DNA from: an uncultured delta proteobacterium
GTDB taxonomy: Bacteria; Desulfobacterota; Desulfobacteria; Desulfobacterales; Desulfatirhabdiaceae
Reading direction: 5' to 3'
DNA: 64,000 bases
NCBI GenBank assembly: GCA_963789395.1
Contig: CAWBKP010000014.1
Coordinates: forward strand, 64,001 to 128,000
In this document: positions 11,200-22,783 of the stretch, one piece after another
Layout: each line of letters starts with the position of its first letter
Position numbering within the stretch: position 1 is the first letter of the stretch
Position numbers and translations under genes: made by a program
The notes under the pieces: generated by a model
What the model was told of the DNA's origin: nothing
Databases searched by the model: none
The model's input: only the letters and a program-made list of their open reading frames with translations

Positions 11200-13392
11200 T
11201 TATACCCCGGATGCAGCTGCCGGGGATAACGGGCCGGCAGGGTCCGCGACATACGGCATGGCGGGTTTGGGAACTTGAAGATTACAGGGCTTCATTTCCT
11301 GAGTATTCAGATCAAAGGTATTGCGGATGGCGTATTCGGCCTGTTTGCCGTTGTTCCACTGTTTGACAGGCCTTAAATAACCCACCACACGGGAATATAT
11401 CTCGGTTTCCTGCCCGCAATCCTTGCAGGTTGCCTGCTCGCCGATAAGATACCCATGTGACGGGCAGACACTGAAGGTCGGCGTCAGGGTAAAATAGGGC
11501 AGACGAAACCGGGTGGACACATTTCGAACCAAATGTTTGACAGCTTCGATATCGGTGACCTGCTCTCCCAGAAAAATATGAAGGACGGTTCCGCCCGTAT
11601 ACTTGGTTTGAAGCCTGTCCTGAAGCGTCAGGGTTTCAAAAATATCCTGTGTATAATTAACGGGCAACTGGGTTGAATTGGTATAAAACGGTGCTGCCCC
11701 GCCCTGATACTCCGTTTCATTGGCACAGACAATGTTGGGATAACGTTTTTTGTCCATCAAAGCCAGCCGGTAGGACGTGCCTTCGGCAGGCGTTGCTTCC
11801 AGATTGAACATGTCCCCGGTTTTTTCCTGAATGCCGGAGATCATGCTACGCAGAAAATCCATTACCTCAAGGGAAAACGCCTGACCGGCCGTTGTGGCGA
11901 TGCCTTCACCGATAAAATTGGTGCAAGCTTCGTTCATTCCGATAATGCCGATGGTTGAAAAATGATTCTTCCAGTAAAGACCGGTGCGATGCTTGATGTC
12001 TCTCAGATAAAACTTGGAATAGGGATACAGGTTTTTATCGGTAAATTTTTCAAGTACTTTTCGCTTGATATTCAGGCTGTCAACCGCCAGGGTCACCAGC
12101 TCGGCCAACCGGGTAAAAAAATCGTCCTTGCCTTGGGCAAGAAATCCGATACGGGGAAGGTTGATGGTAACCACCCCGATAGAACCTGTCAGCGGATTGG
12201 CGCCAAAAAGCCCGCCTCCCCGCTTTAAGAGCTCACGGTTGTCCAGCCTGAGCCGGCAACACATGGATCTGGCGTCTTCCGGAGACATATCGGAATTGAC
12301 AAAATTTGAAAAATAAGGGATTCCATATTTTCCGGTCATTTTCCAGATCATCTCCAGGTTGGGATTGTCCCAGTCAAAATCCGCCGTGATATTGTATGTG
12401 GGGATGGGAAAGGTAAATACCCTGCCTCTGGCGTCCCCTTCCATCATGACCTCTGCAAAGGCCCGGTTGATCAGATTCATCTCCGCCTGAAAGTCGGCAT
12501 AGGTCTCATCTTTTTCGATTCCACCGATAATGATGGGTGAATCCCGAAGCGTGGACGGCACCTGAAGGTCAAGGGTAATATTCGTAAAAGGGGTTTGAAA
12601 TCCCACGCGGGTTGGAATATTGATATTAAAGACAAATTCCTGAATGGCCTGTTTGACCTCAACATAATCCAGATTGTCGTATCGAACAAACGGAGCCAGA
12701 AGGGTATCAAAGCTGGATATGGCCTGGGCACCGGCTGCTTCGCCCTGGAGCGTATAGAAAAAATTAACGATCTGGCCCAGTGCCGAGCGAAGATGTTTGG
12801 GCGGCGCGCTTTCCACCTTGCCCTCAACGCCTTTAAAGCCGGACTTGAGCAAATCTATCAAATCCCAACCCACGCAATAGACCGAAAGCAGGCTGAGGTC
12901 GTGAAGATGAAGGTCTCCGTTTTTGTGCGCATTGCGGATCTCCGGCGGATAGATTCGATTTAACCAGTACTCCGTGGTCACATCAGAGGAAATGTAATTG
13001 TTGAGCCCCTGGAGCGAATAGCACATATTGCTGTTTTCTTTGATTTTCCAGTCCAGTTTCTGAATGTAGTGTTCCACAAGGTCAATACTGGCCTTTGTAG
13101 AGATACTGCGGATCTGGGAATGCTGTTCCCGGTACAGGATATAGGCCTTGGCTGTTTTATGAAACGGGGAGTCCAGCAGAACCCGCTCGACAATGTCTTG
13201 AATCTCTTCCACTTCCGGATGTGGCCCCAGGCGAAGTTCGTGGGCCAGGGTTAATACGCGAAGGGTTAATTTTTTGGCTTCGCGCTCTTCAAATTCACCA
13301 GTCGCCTTGCCGGCCTTGGCAATCGCCGCCGTTATCTTGGAGGAATCAAACTCGACAATTCGGCCATCACGTTTTTTGATATTTTCGAACAT
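11200..13392 (-). CDS. nrdD: Class III anaerobic ribonucleoside-triphosphate reductase with N-terminal ATP cone
   Basis: IKKRDG ATP cone, RSMCCRL finger loop, EATPAE, metal site CxxH/CxxC, glycyl radical motif YSRVVGY. Confidence 0.97.
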   Translation of the reverse strand: MFENIKKRDGRIVEFDSSKITAAIAKAGKATGEFEEREAKKLTLRVLTLAHELRLGPHPEVEEIQDIVERVLLDSPFHKTAKAYILYREQHSQIRSISTKASIDLVEHYIQKLDWKIKENSNMCYSLQGLNNYISSDVTTEYWLNRIYPPEIRNAHKNGDLHLHDLSLLSVYCVGWDLIDLLKSGFKGVEGKVESAPPKHLRSALGQIVNFFYTLQGEAAGAQAISSFDTLLAPFVRYDNLDYVEVKQAIQEFVFNINIPTRVGFQTPFTNITLDLQVPSTLRDSPIIIGGIEKDETYADFQAEMNLINRAFAEVMMEGDARGRVFTFPIPTYNITADFDWDNPNLEMIWKMTGKYGIPYFSNFVNSDMSPEDARSMCCRLRLDNRELLKRGGGLFGANPLTGSIGVVTINLPRIGFLAQGKDDFFTRLAELVTLAVDSLNIKRKVLEKFTDKNLYPYSKFYLRDIKHRTGLYWKNHFSTIGIIGMNEACTNFIGEGIATTAGQAFSLEVMDFLRSMISGIQEKTGDMFNLEATPAEGTSYRLALMDKKRYPNIVCANETEYQGGAAPFYTNSTQLPVNYTQDIFETLTLQDRLQTKYTGGTVLHIFLGEQVTDIEAVKHLVRNVSTRFRLPYFTLTPTFSVCPSHGYLIGEQATCKDCGQETEIYSRVVGYLRPVKQWNNGKQAEYAIRNTFDLNTQEMKPCNLQVPKPAMPYVADPAGPLSPAAASGV

Positions 13393-13522
13393 GAAATCAC
13401 CTCGGATTATTCAGAAAGTCATTGCTTCGGACGCAGCGTCGGGTTTATGGAAAAAACGAGCCGAATGGCTGTTTTTTGAACAAATCCGCAAAAAGACCTT
13501 AACCATTTTAGAAAAAAGATTA

Positions 13523-13568
13523 TTACAAGATATGGTAACATGTCAATATAAAAATCAAGATATGGTAT
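13523..13568. promoter_or_regulatory. Tandem NrdR boxes upstream of nrdD
   Basis: ttacaagatatggtaa (13523-13538) and aatcaagatatggtat (13553-13568), 30 bp apart; reverse complement fits the NrdR consensus acaCwAtATaTwGtgt. Confidence 0.8.
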
Positions 13569-13732
13569 GTAGTGTGATTGTTTATTGATGTTTTCTGAAA
13601 GCTGAGAAAAGTTACTTATTGATAAAAACTGTATTTTGTTATTAATTGAAGGTGTTGACGATCCAGTTCAGCACAGCGCGTTTTACGAAAATTCTTTGCC
13701 ACTGACGAGATAACCACAGGAATGTTGATTTC

Positions 13733-14215
13733 ATGCTGAGAACCGCCATTTATCCCGGATCATTTGACCCTGTAACCAACGGACATATTGATATCATAGA
13801 CAGAGGGTTCAAGCTTTTTGATAGAATCATTGTCGGTATCCTCCACAATCCCGCCAAAAAATATCTGTTTAGCGTGGAGGAGCGAATGTCGCTGCTTCGG
13901 GAGAGTTTAAAAAAATTCCCGGATATCGAAATCGAAACATTTGACGGCCTTCTGGTTGACTATGCCGTACAGAAAAACGCCCAGGCCATTCTTCGCGGCA
14001 TGCGCGCGGTGTCTGATTTTGAGTATGAATTTCAGATGGCCTTAATGAACCGGAGGCTCAACCGAGATGTTCAGACCGTTTTTTTGATGACCGGACTTCG
14101 CTGGATTTTTACCAGTTCTTCCATCATCAAGGAAGCCGCCAGCTTTGGCGGTAATATCAACGGGATGGTTCCGCCGGTCGTTCATCAGAAGCTGAAGGAC
14201 AAATTCGGGCGATAG
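13733..14215 (+). CDS. coaD: Phosphopantetheine adenylyltransferase
   Basis: YPGSFDPVTNGH, RGMRAVSDFEYE. Confidence 0.98.
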   Translation: MLRTAIYPGSFDPVTNGHIDIIDRGFKLFDRIIVGILHNPAKKYLFSVEERMSLLRESLKKFPDIEIETFDGLLVDYAVQKNAQAILRGMRAVSDFEYEFQMALMNRRLNRDVQTVFLMTGLRWIFTSSSIIKEAASFGGNINGMVPPVVHQKLKDKFGR

Positions 14216-14237
14216 AGAAAAAAGGGGCTGTGTTGGT

Positions 14238-14471
14238 ATGAGAATATCATTTCGTCTGTTTGCCAATTTACGCTCTTTTTCCCCTGAAACGGACGGCTGC
14301 GGGGAGCTGGATCTGGCAAAAGGCTCAACTGTTGGAACCGTATCCGATGTTCTGGGAATTCCCCCTGAAACCGAGCGGGTAATTCTGCTGAACGGCCATC
14401 ATGCCAAGGAAGATATCCGGCTTTCAGATGGCGACAGCCTGACTTTTTTCCCGCCCATGACAGGCGGATAA
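14238..14471 (+). CDS. MoaD/ThiS-family ubiquitin-like sulfur carrier
   Basis: 77 aa beta-grasp pattern ending LSDGDSLTFFPPMTGG (C-terminal GG). Confidence 0.88.
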   Translation: MRISFRLFANLRSFSPETDGCGELDLAKGSTVGTVSDVLGIPPETERVILLNGHHAKEDIRLSDGDSLTFFPPMTGG

Positions 14472-14485
14472 TTCCTGCCGTTACA

Positions 14486-15963
14486 GTGATTTCGACCATG
14501 CGACCCCATTCCCGTCAACTACTGCGGAAAGTTGCGCAGACCATTTCGCACCTGAACATGTTCCAAAAAGGCGACAGCGTTTTAACCGGCGTGTCCGGCG
14601 GACCCGATTCCGTTGCCCTGCTTCATATTCTGGTTCAGCTGGCTTCAAAATGGGAATTAACGATCGGTATCGCGCATCTGAATCATTGCCTGAGAGGGGC
14701 GGAATCGGACAGCGGATGCGGACTTTGTTGCCGATCTGGCTGCACGCCTGAACCTTCCCTGCCACAGCGAATCCATTGATATTCGAAATGATCCGGCATT
14801 GCAGAAACTTTCGCTCGAAGCGGCCGCAAGACAGGTCCGCTATGATTTTTTTGACCGCATCAGCCGCCGGAACGGATACCATAAAATTGCGATAGGCCAT
14901 CATCGAAACGACAATGCCGAACTGATGCTGATGTTTCTGTTCCGCGGCAGCGGGCCCCTTGGTTTTTCCGGAATTCCCCCTGTCAGAGATGGCAGTATCG
15001 TCCGCCCCCTTATTGCCGCAGGCCGCAATGAACTTGTTGCATTTCTCAACGAAAATGCGATAACATATCAAGTTGATAAATCCAATCGCGACATGCGGTT
15101 TTTGAGGAACCGGATCCGGCATGAGACAATCCCCTATATTCAGGCCTGCTGCAATCCCGGGATTGTTGAAACCCTGAACCGGTTTTCAGAAATTGTCCGA
15201 TCCGAAGACCAGTGGATGAATGAAATCATTCAACCCATTTATGAAAAAACGCTTGTCAGCGCAGATGCAGCACCGCGTGGTGCTGGCGATACCGGCCCTG
15301 ACGGCATTGCCCGAAGCAGCCCGCCGCCGGGTGATTCGTACCGCCATCCTTCGCATCAAAGGGGATTTGCAGAAAATATCATTTTCCCATATCGAGGCCG
15401 TACGGGAACTGGCTGAACGTCAGCATTATCCGGCGCAACTGACGCTGCCGGATGGCATTCGGATTCAGCGGAATAAAAGCCTTCTGACTTTTTATCAGGT
15501 GGACGAATCGTTGCCAGGCCGCAGACTGAAAATCCGGCGCATGACCGCCGTCTTTTTTTTATACGGTTTCCGGTCCCGTTGAACGCAGTTCTCATTTCCG
15601 AAACCGGCGCGGTACTGACTTTTTCGGAAATACCCATCTGATACCTGCATGATGGATCCGCTTCCGATAAAATCGCCCTGCTGGATATGGAGATGCTGGA
15701 ATTTCCGCTGATTCTGCGAAACATTCAGCCCGGAGATCGGTTCAACCCCCTGGGAGTGACGGGAACACAGAAGATACAGAAATATTTTATCGACCACAAA
15801 ATTGATCGCACCGAACGGCGGCAGTGCCCGGTTCTTTTAAGCGGCAATCGAGGTTGTCTGGCTGGCGGGTCATCGAATCAGCGACCAGTTTAAAGTCACG
15901 CCATCAACCCGGCGGGTGCTTAGAATTGAAATTTGTCGGCCGGTGCATTCAGAGCTTGCATAA
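14486..15963 (+). CDS. tilS: tRNA(Ile)-lysidine synthetase TilS, split by several frameshifts
   Basis: SGGPDS PP-loop, HLNH, EAAAR..RY, GHHRNDNAE, RNRIRH and C-terminal PGDRF.PLG..KKI-type domain spread over ORFs at 14486, 14799, 15220 and 15687; tilS-ftsH synteny. End coordinate is approximate. Confidence 0.92.
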
Positions 15964-16073
15964 CCCGTGATGATGATTAATTTATAAAATTACATGGCTT
16001 GACTTTTATCAGAATTCATCTTTTTTTGATGAATGCATAACAAGTCTTCACCTTTATCGTGAGGAGGATTCGT

Positions 16074-17915
16074 TTGAATCCGTTTTACAAAAATCTGGCC
16101 TTATGGCTGGTTATCACCCTGATGATGATCATGCTGTACAATCTTTTCAATCAACAGCATGTTGCGGATACCACCATCAGTTACACCGAATTTCTTTCTA
16201 TGGTTGAGGACAGCCGGATTGCCGATGTGGTCATGCAGGGCCAGGAACTTTACGTTACCGACACCAACCGCGGCCGATTCAAGGTCTATGCGCCTCAGGA
16301 CAGTGATCTGATCGGCATTCTCCGGCAAAAAGGCGTTGCCATTAACGCAAAACCGCCCGCGGAATCCCCCTGGTACATGTCGCTTCTGGTATCCTGGCTT
16401 CCCATGGTCGTGCTGATCGGCGTATGGATTTTTTTCATGCGGCAGATGCAGGCCGGCGGCGGAAAAGCCATGTCCTTTGGAAAGAGCCGCGCCAAACTGA
16501 TGTCGGATCAGTCGGAAAAAGTCACGTTTGAAGATGTTGCAGGCATTGATGAAGCCAAGGAAGAACTGGGAGAGATTGTCGAATTTTTAAAAGAGCCCAA
16601 AAAATTCACCCGCCTGGGCGGACGCATTCCCAAAGGGGTATTGTTGATGGGCTCTCCCGGAACCGGAAAAACCCTTCTGGCCAGAGCCATTGCCGGTGAA
16701 GCCGGCGTGCCTTTTTTCAGCATCAGCGGCTCTGATTTTGTGGAAATGTTTGTCGGCGTCGGCGCCTCCCGGGTCCGGGATCTTTTTGTTCAGGGGAAAA
16801 AGAATGCTCCCTGCATCATTTTCATCGATGAAATTGATGCTGTCGGCAGACACCGCGGCGCCGGACTCGGCGGCGGTCATGATGAGCGCGAGCAGACCTT
16901 AAACCAGCTTCTGGTGGAAATGGACGGATTTGAATCCAATGAAGGGGTCATTCTGATTTCCGCAACCAACCGGCCGGATGTTCTGGACCCGGCCCTGCTG
17001 CGTCCCGGACGGTTTGATCGGCAGGTCGTGGTTCCGCTGCCGGATATCAAGGGACGCGAACAAATTCTTCGCGTTCACATGAAAAAATCACCGATTTCAC
17101 CGGATGTGGATCCAACGGTTCTGGCCAAGGGAACGCCCGGTTTTTCCGGTGCGGATCTGGAAAATCTTGTCAACGAAGCCGCGCTTCTGGCTGCAAAACG
17201 CAACAAGGAAAAAGTGGACATGGTGGATCTGGACGACGCCAAGGACAAGGTCTATATGGGTCTGGAGCGAAAGTCCAAGGTCGTCCGGGAAGAAGACCGC
17301 AAAACCACGGCCTATCATGAAGCCGGCCACGGGCTGGTTGCCCGGTTTCTGCCCGGAACCCATGCGGTCAATAAAATCACGATCATCCCCAGAGGCAGAG
17401 CCGCCGGCATTACCTGGTTTCTGCCGGAAGAGCAGGATTTCCGGTATAAGGATCAGCTCGAGAGCGAGTTGTCCGTGGCTTTTGGCGGCAGGGTAGCAGA
17501 AGAGCTGATTTTTAACCGGATCAGCACCGGCGCATCCAATGATATCAAACAGGCCACGGAACTGGCTCAGAAAATGGTCCGGGCCTGGGGAATGAGCGAT
17601 CTGCTGGGTCCGTTGTCCTATGCAAAAAATGAAGAGCAGATTTTTCTGGGCAGGGAAATTGCCCAGCATCGGGATTATTCCGAGGAAACCGCTCATATAA
17701 TTGACAGTGAAATCAATAAATTGATCCGGAACAACTATGAGCGGGCCAGGCAGGTTCTGTCGGAAAATATGGAGATTTTGCACAAACTGGCAGCCCTGTT
17801 GCTGGAAAAGGAAACCGTCATGGGTGCGGAACTGGATGCCCTGATTCGTGCGGTTCGACCTGACTTTGAATTTCCATCCAATCCGCCAGCCGAGGAAGAA
17901 GCCGTCGGCGCATGA
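16074..17915 (+). CDS. ftsH: ATP-dependent zinc metalloprotease FtsH
   Basis: Two TMs, Walker [12 protein letters not shown] motif, HEAGH zinc motif; TTG start after GAGGAGG. Confidence 0.98.
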   Translation: MNPFYKNLALWLVITLMMIMLYNLFNQQHVADTTISYTEFLSMVEDSRIADVVMQGQELYVTDTNRGRFKVYAPQDSDLIGILRQKGVAINAKPPAESPWYMSLLVSWLPMVVLIGVWIFFMRQMQAGGGKAMSFGKSRAKLMSDQSEKVTFEDVAGIDEAKEELGEIVEFLKEPKKFTRLGGRIPKGVLLMGSPGTGKTLLARAIAGEAGVPFFSISGSDFVEMFVGVGASRVRDLFVQGKKNAPCIIFIDEIDAVGRHRGAGLGGGHDEREQTLNQLLVEMDGFESNEGVILISATNRPDVLDPALLRPGRFDRQVVVPLPDIKGREQILRVHMKKSPISPDVDPTVLAKGTPGFSGADLENLVNEAALLAAKRNKEKVDMVDLDDAKDKVYMGLERKSKVVREEDRKTTAYHEAGHGLVARFLPGTHAVNKITIIPRGRAAGITWFLPEEQDFRYKDQLESELSVAFGGRVAEELIFNRISTGASNDIKQATELAQKMVRAWGMSDLLGPLSYAKNEEQIFLGREIAQHRDYSEETAHIIDSEINKLIRNNYERARQVLSENMEILHKLAALLLEKETVMGAELDALIRAVRPDFEFPSNPPAEEEAVGA

Positions 17916-18798
17916 TAAAAAATTACGATATCTCGTGGGAAAATCATCACCTGAAACTGGGCCCCCGCACCTGTATCATGGGGATTTTAAATGTCACGCC
18001 GGATTCTTTTTCAGATGGCGGCAGGTTTTATCGCATTTGATCATGCCGTCTCTCAAGCTGAAAAACTGGTTGCGGACGGAGCGGACATTCTGGATGTGGG
18101 CGGAGAATCCACCCGCCCCTTTTCCGATGCCGTGCCTGAAGCGGAAGAAACCCGCCGCGTTGTTCCGGTCATTGAAGCCATCGCCAGGCGCATATCCATC
18201 CCCATTTCCATCGACACCACCAAATCCGGTGTTGCCAGGCGCGCCATTGAGGCAGGGGCCTCCATCATAAATGATGTCGGCGCCCTGCGAATGGATGCTG
18301 ATATGGCAAAGGTGGCTGCGGCATCCGGAGTCCCGGTGATTGTGATGCACATGCTGGGAACACCAAAAACCATGCAGGTAGCTCCGGCCTATGAGAATCT
18401 CCTTTCGGAAATCAGGACATTTTTAGCCACAACCATCGATCATGCCGTCAGCCACGGTATTTTGCGGTCCCGAATCATTATTGATCCGGGAATCGGCTTT
18501 GGCAAAACCATTCACCACAACCTGACGCTGATTCGATGCCTGAACGCCTTTGCGTCTCTGGATGTGCCGATACTCATCGGCCCTTCCAGAAAATCCTTTA
18601 TTCGAAATCTTCTTAAAATCGTCAGATCCGGAAGGGCTCGATCCGAGTCCGGAGAGCATTGAAACCGGCACACAGGCAATCGTCGCCGCCGGCATTTTAA
18701 ACGGCGCCCATATCCTTCGGGTTCACGATGTGGCGCGAACCGTGACAACCGTAAGGCTCATGGATGCGATGAAAGGAGATACCCGATGCTTCTTGTGA
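17912..18798 (+). CDS. folP: Dihydropteroate synthase, two frameshifts (about 18030 and 18630)
   Basis: [15 protein letters not shown] in the frame from ATG 17912, then [22 protein letters not shown], then LRVHDV in a further frame. Confidence 0.93.
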
Positions 18799-19551
18799 TT
18801 GATGTGGGAAATACCAATATCGTCCTTGGCGTTTATCACGAACAGACTCTGCTGAAAGACTGGCGGATTCGCACCGAGCGCAACATCACGGAAGATGAGT
18901 TTCATATTCTGGCCTATAATTTATTTGAAGGAAGCCGGATAAACACCGGATCAGATTGACAGAACCATCGTTTCCTGCGTGGTTCCGCCCCTGGTCAATA
19001 TCCTGGATGCATTCTGCCGGAAATACCTGCATCATTCCCCGGTATGGGTGGATCCCAAAACGTATCAGGGCATGCCGATTCTCTATACCAATCCCGGAGA
19101 AGTCGGCGCAGACCGGATCGTCAATGCCGTTGCCGCCTTTCACCGGTACCGGACCAGCCTGGTCGTCATTGATTTTGGCACGGCCACAACCTTTGATGCC
19201 ATTTCCGAAACCGGCGCATATTTAGGGGGCGCCATCAGCCCCGGCATCATGATTTCCGCGGAAGCCCTGTTCAAGAATGCGTCCAAGCTGCCGCGGGTTG
19301 AGATTTTTACGCCCCCGAGACAGGTGATCGGAAAGGATACGGCAAGCAGCATTCAATCGGGCATCATCTATGGCTATGCGGGACTTGTGGATGGCATGGT
19401 CATGCGGCTGAAGGCCGAAATGGGCACAAACCCCAAAATCGTGGCAACCGGCGGGCTTTCGGTTCTGATTGCCGGCGTTTCACACACCATCGATGTGGTT
19501 GAGCCGGATTTAACCCTTGAAGGCCTGAGAATCATCAGCGAAGAATTATAG
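18786..19551 (+). CDS. coaX: Type III pantothenate kinase, frameshift near 18925
   Basis: [11 protein letters not shown] from ATG 18786; GADR, DFGTATT, GGAISPG, ATGG. Confidence 0.93.
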
Positions 19552-19553
19552 CC

Positions 19554-19698
19554 TTACATTTCCATTTCAGCCTCGATCTTCTGGATTTCCTTCAGAAGCC
19601 TTTCCTTCTCCTCCTCAGGCAGCTCTTCCTCATGAAGCCTGCGTCTGAAACCGAGCAGACATCATTTCCAACCGGTAATCCGAACAGGTGTATGTCAT
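19554..19698 (-). CDS. Unannotated small acidic helical protein (about 47 aa) with one apparent 1-nt insertion
   Basis: Removing one base near 19660 gives MTYTCSDYRLEMMLLGFRRRLHEEELPEEEKERLLKEIQKIEAEMEM*; fills the gap at the end of the pilTU operon. Confidence 0.55.
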
Positions 19699-19709
19699 GG
19701 AATCCGCGC

Positions 19710-20399
19710 CTATCCCTTGCCTGTTTTTATCAGGGATTCCTTGAAAAACACTGTAAAATGCCATGATGTTCGTCAATGGCCCGCCTGAGAATCTTGGCGA
19801 TTTCATCCAGATTCCGCAAATGGATCACCACATTGACGCTTTTATTAAAGGCCGCCATATTGTCCATGGTGCGAAACCGGGTTGTTATCAGCGCCACAAA
19901 CATGTTCCGGCGCACAGACATCACCAGATCATTCAGGTAAGTGAGAATCGGATTGTCATCCGGAGACGGGCAGTCAAAAAGTTCATTCATGACGATCAGG
20001 TCAAAGGAATGAAACCGCATTTTTTTCAGTGCATCTGTTGCGCTTTCGGGCTCAACCGTATGGTATCCCATTTGTTTGAGCGCAAAACGCAACTTGGACA
20101 AGATTCCCGGATCGGATTCACAAATCAGGGCTGTTTTAACGCCGGGCCCCAGAAAATCAAATGGTTTTTCAGAAGCGTCATAGACGCTGGATGAAACGGT
20201 TTCAATCAGATTTTTATCAGCCGACTGGCTGGAAGCCGGCCTTGACCGGATCAGTTGATATGGGGGGTTTTTTTGTACGGGTATCCAGTGTCAGCTTTTT
20301 TTTACAGCGCGGACAGGGAATAAAAACGACCTGCTCCGCGGGTATTTTTTCATCCGATATTTTAAACTTTCCCTGACACTGATCGCAGATTACCTCCAT
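19710..20399 (-). CDS. MJ0042-type zinc-ribbon protein with a pseudo-receiver domain, frameshifted
   Basis: MEVICDQC...IPCPRC zinc ribbon (20217..20399); receiver-like ALICESD...MGY...DALKKM...FDLIVMNE in another frame; probable tail FKESLIKTGKG*. Confidence 0.75.
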
Positions 20400-20425
20400 T
20401 TTCCAGTCCCCCTATGCTGATGCCA

Positions 20426-21605
20426 TCAAATCCGCTGTTTTTTAGCTTTTCCATACTGCTGGTCAACTTCAAGCCGCTCAATATCGGTTGTCGCCTCTCC
20501 CCTGCCGGCCTTGACGGAATCAATTCCCCGGCCGACAAGTCCTTTACGGGAAGCGTAAGCCATGGCTGTTTCTTCGGAAATCGACCCTCTTTCGTAAAGT
20601 TGAACGATGAAATCATCAAAGGTTGTCATGCCAAAGGCTTTTCCGGTCTGAATGATCTCATAAAACGTTTTGCCTTCGGATTCTCCGTGCAAAATGGTGT
20701 CCTTGACCCGCAGATTGGTTCCCATGATTTCAAATGCCGCCACCCTGCCGCCCCCGATTCTGGGAAGCAGGCGCTGGCAGACCACCCAGCGAAGGGTGTC
20801 CGCAAGCCGGATGCGGATCTGATTTTCTTCATCGGTATTGAACATTCCCAGAATTCGATTGATGGTCTGGCCGGCATCCACGGTATGGAGCGTGGTCAGC
20901 ACCAGATGGCCGGTTTCCGCGGCACTCAGGCCGATTTCAACGGTTTCCCTGTCCCGCATTTCGCCAACCAGTATCACTTTGGGCGCCTGCCGGAGCGCGG
21001 CTCGAAGACCGCTGGGAAAGGTGTCGAAATCGCTTCCCATTTCCCGCTGGTTAAACGTGGATCTCTTGTGCGAATGCTGGTATTCAACCGGATCTTCAAG
21101 CGTTACGATGTGGACGGCCTGATGTTCATTGATTTCATTCAGAACAGCGGCAAGAGATGTGGATTTGCCGCTGCCCGTGGCCCCGGTTACCAGGATAATT
21201 CCGTTTTTTTCCGTTGCCATTTTAAGAAAGGATTCCGGAAGATCCAGATCCGCACAACTGGGGATACGGGTTTCCAGCCTTCGAAGCACAATCGAGAATT
21301 TGCGCTGCTGCGAAAAGATATTGACTCTGAACCTGGCCTTTCCGGGCAGTGCATAGGACAAATCGCAGGAACCTTCCCTGAGAAGGATCTTCGGTCAGGC
21401 GGCGGTCGTTATTGATCAGATTCAGGGCAAGGATTTCGGTCTGAAACGGGGTGAGTTCTTCAAACGACGGGTCAAATTCCACGGGAATCAACTGGCCGGA
21501 GCTTTCCACCTGAAAGGGCTTGCCAACCGTAATGTTCAGGTCGGAAACATTTCTGGTAAACTCCAGCATCCGGCTGAGGATATAGTCGCATTCCTGTTTT
21601 CGCAT
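20426..21605 (-). CDS. pilU: Type IV pilus retraction ATPase PilU/PilT2, frameshift near 21385
   Basis: SDLNITVG, RFRVNIF, GATGSGKST, EDPVE, LRQAP..ILVGEMRD, TGHLV.TTLH. Confidence 0.9.
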
Positions 21606-21669
21606 CGTATCCTCCGATAAAGACAAAAGCAGCGGCCAGAGAAATTCTGCGCACTGCCCCAGTCGCCTT

Positions 21670-22752
21670 TTAGGCTTCGGTAAAGTCGGTTGGGGGTGAT
21701 TTTAAATATGGCCGGAATTTTCCCTTGTCATTGGCCTTGGCATAGGCGTCATCCGGATGGATCTTGCCTTTATTCAAAAGATCCATGATGGCATCATCCA
21801 GAAGCTGCATGCCGTAACGTTTGCCGGTCTGGATAGATGAGGGAATCTGAAAAGTCTTGGCTTCACGGATCAGATTTCGCACCGCAGGGGTCGCGATCAT
21901 GATTTCCAGCGCGGCGCAGCGCCCTTTTTTATCCGCCCGCTTGAACAAAACCTGTGCAACGACCGCCCGCAATCCATCCGCCAGCGTGGAGCGGACCTGC
22001 TCCTGCTGATTGGCGGGAAACACCTCGATGACCCGGTCAACGGTCTTGGCGGCACTTGAGGTATGCAGGGTTCCAAATACGAGATGGCCGGTGGAAGCCG
22101 CTTCGATGGCCAGCGAAATGGTTTCCAGATCCCGCATTTCACCGACCATAATGATGTCCGGATCTTCCCGAAGCGCCCCTCTCAGGGCGGCGCTGAACGT
22201 TCGGGTGTGAAGCCCCACTTCCCGGTGATTGACGATGCAGCCCTGACTCTGATGAACAAATTCGATGGGATCTTCAACCGTAATGATATGATCCTTGCGG
22301 CTGCGGTTGGCCACATCGATGATTGCGGCAAGGGTTGTGGATTTGCCGCTTCCGGTCGGGCCCGTGACCAGAACCAGCCCTCTGGGCAGCATTGCCAGTT
22401 TGGGAATGACACCGGGAAGTCCCAGTTGTTCGGCAGTCAGAATTTTGCTGGGAATTTGGCGAAAGACAGCAGCAACGCCATATTTTTGCATGAAAAAATT
22501 GGCGCGGTATCGGGCAAGCCCTGGAATTTCATAACCGAAATCCACATCTCCGGATTCTTCAAAAACCTTGACCTTGTCTTCAGGGGCGATTTCATACAAC
22601 ATGCTTCTCAGCAAATCATTGTCCAGCACCTTATACTTGATGCGCTCCATTTCGCCATTGATCCGGAGCGCGGGGGGCTGACCCGATACCAGGTGAAGGT
22701 CTGATGCCCCCTGATCATGCATTAATTTAAAAAAAGCATCAATTTTGGCCAT
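21670..22752 (-). CDS. pilT: Type IV pilus retraction ATPase PilT
   Basis: GASDLHL, GPTGSGKSTT, LREDPD, AVRNLIRE (AIRNLIRE motif), GMQ. Confidence 0.96.
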   Translation of the reverse strand: MAKIDAFFKLMHDQGASDLHLVSGQPPALRINGEMERIKYKVLDNDLLRSMLYEIAPEDKVKVFEESGDVDFGYEIPGLARYRANFFMQKYGVAAVFRQIPSKILTAEQLGLPGVIPKLAMLPRGLVLVTGPTGSGKSTTLAAIIDVANRSRKDHIITVEDPIEFVHQSQGCIVNHREVGLHTRTFSAALRGALREDPDIIMVGEMRDLETISLAIEAASTGHLVFGTLHTSSAAKTVDRVIEVFPANQQEQVRSTLADGLRAVVAQVLFKRADKKGRCAALEIMIATPAVRNLIREAKTFQIPSSIQTGKRYGMQLLDDAIMDLLNKGKIHPDDAYAKANDKGKFRPYLKSPPTDFTEA

Positions 22753-22783
22753 AAGTGATGTCCTCTATCCCGGCGAAACCAAT

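Noticed and set aside
14486..19551. tilS, folP and coaX as pseudogenes or programmed frameshifts
   Set aside because: Indels are scattered across the window in unrelated genes, with no shared slippery motif and with catalytic motifs intact. Sequencing error is the simpler explanation.
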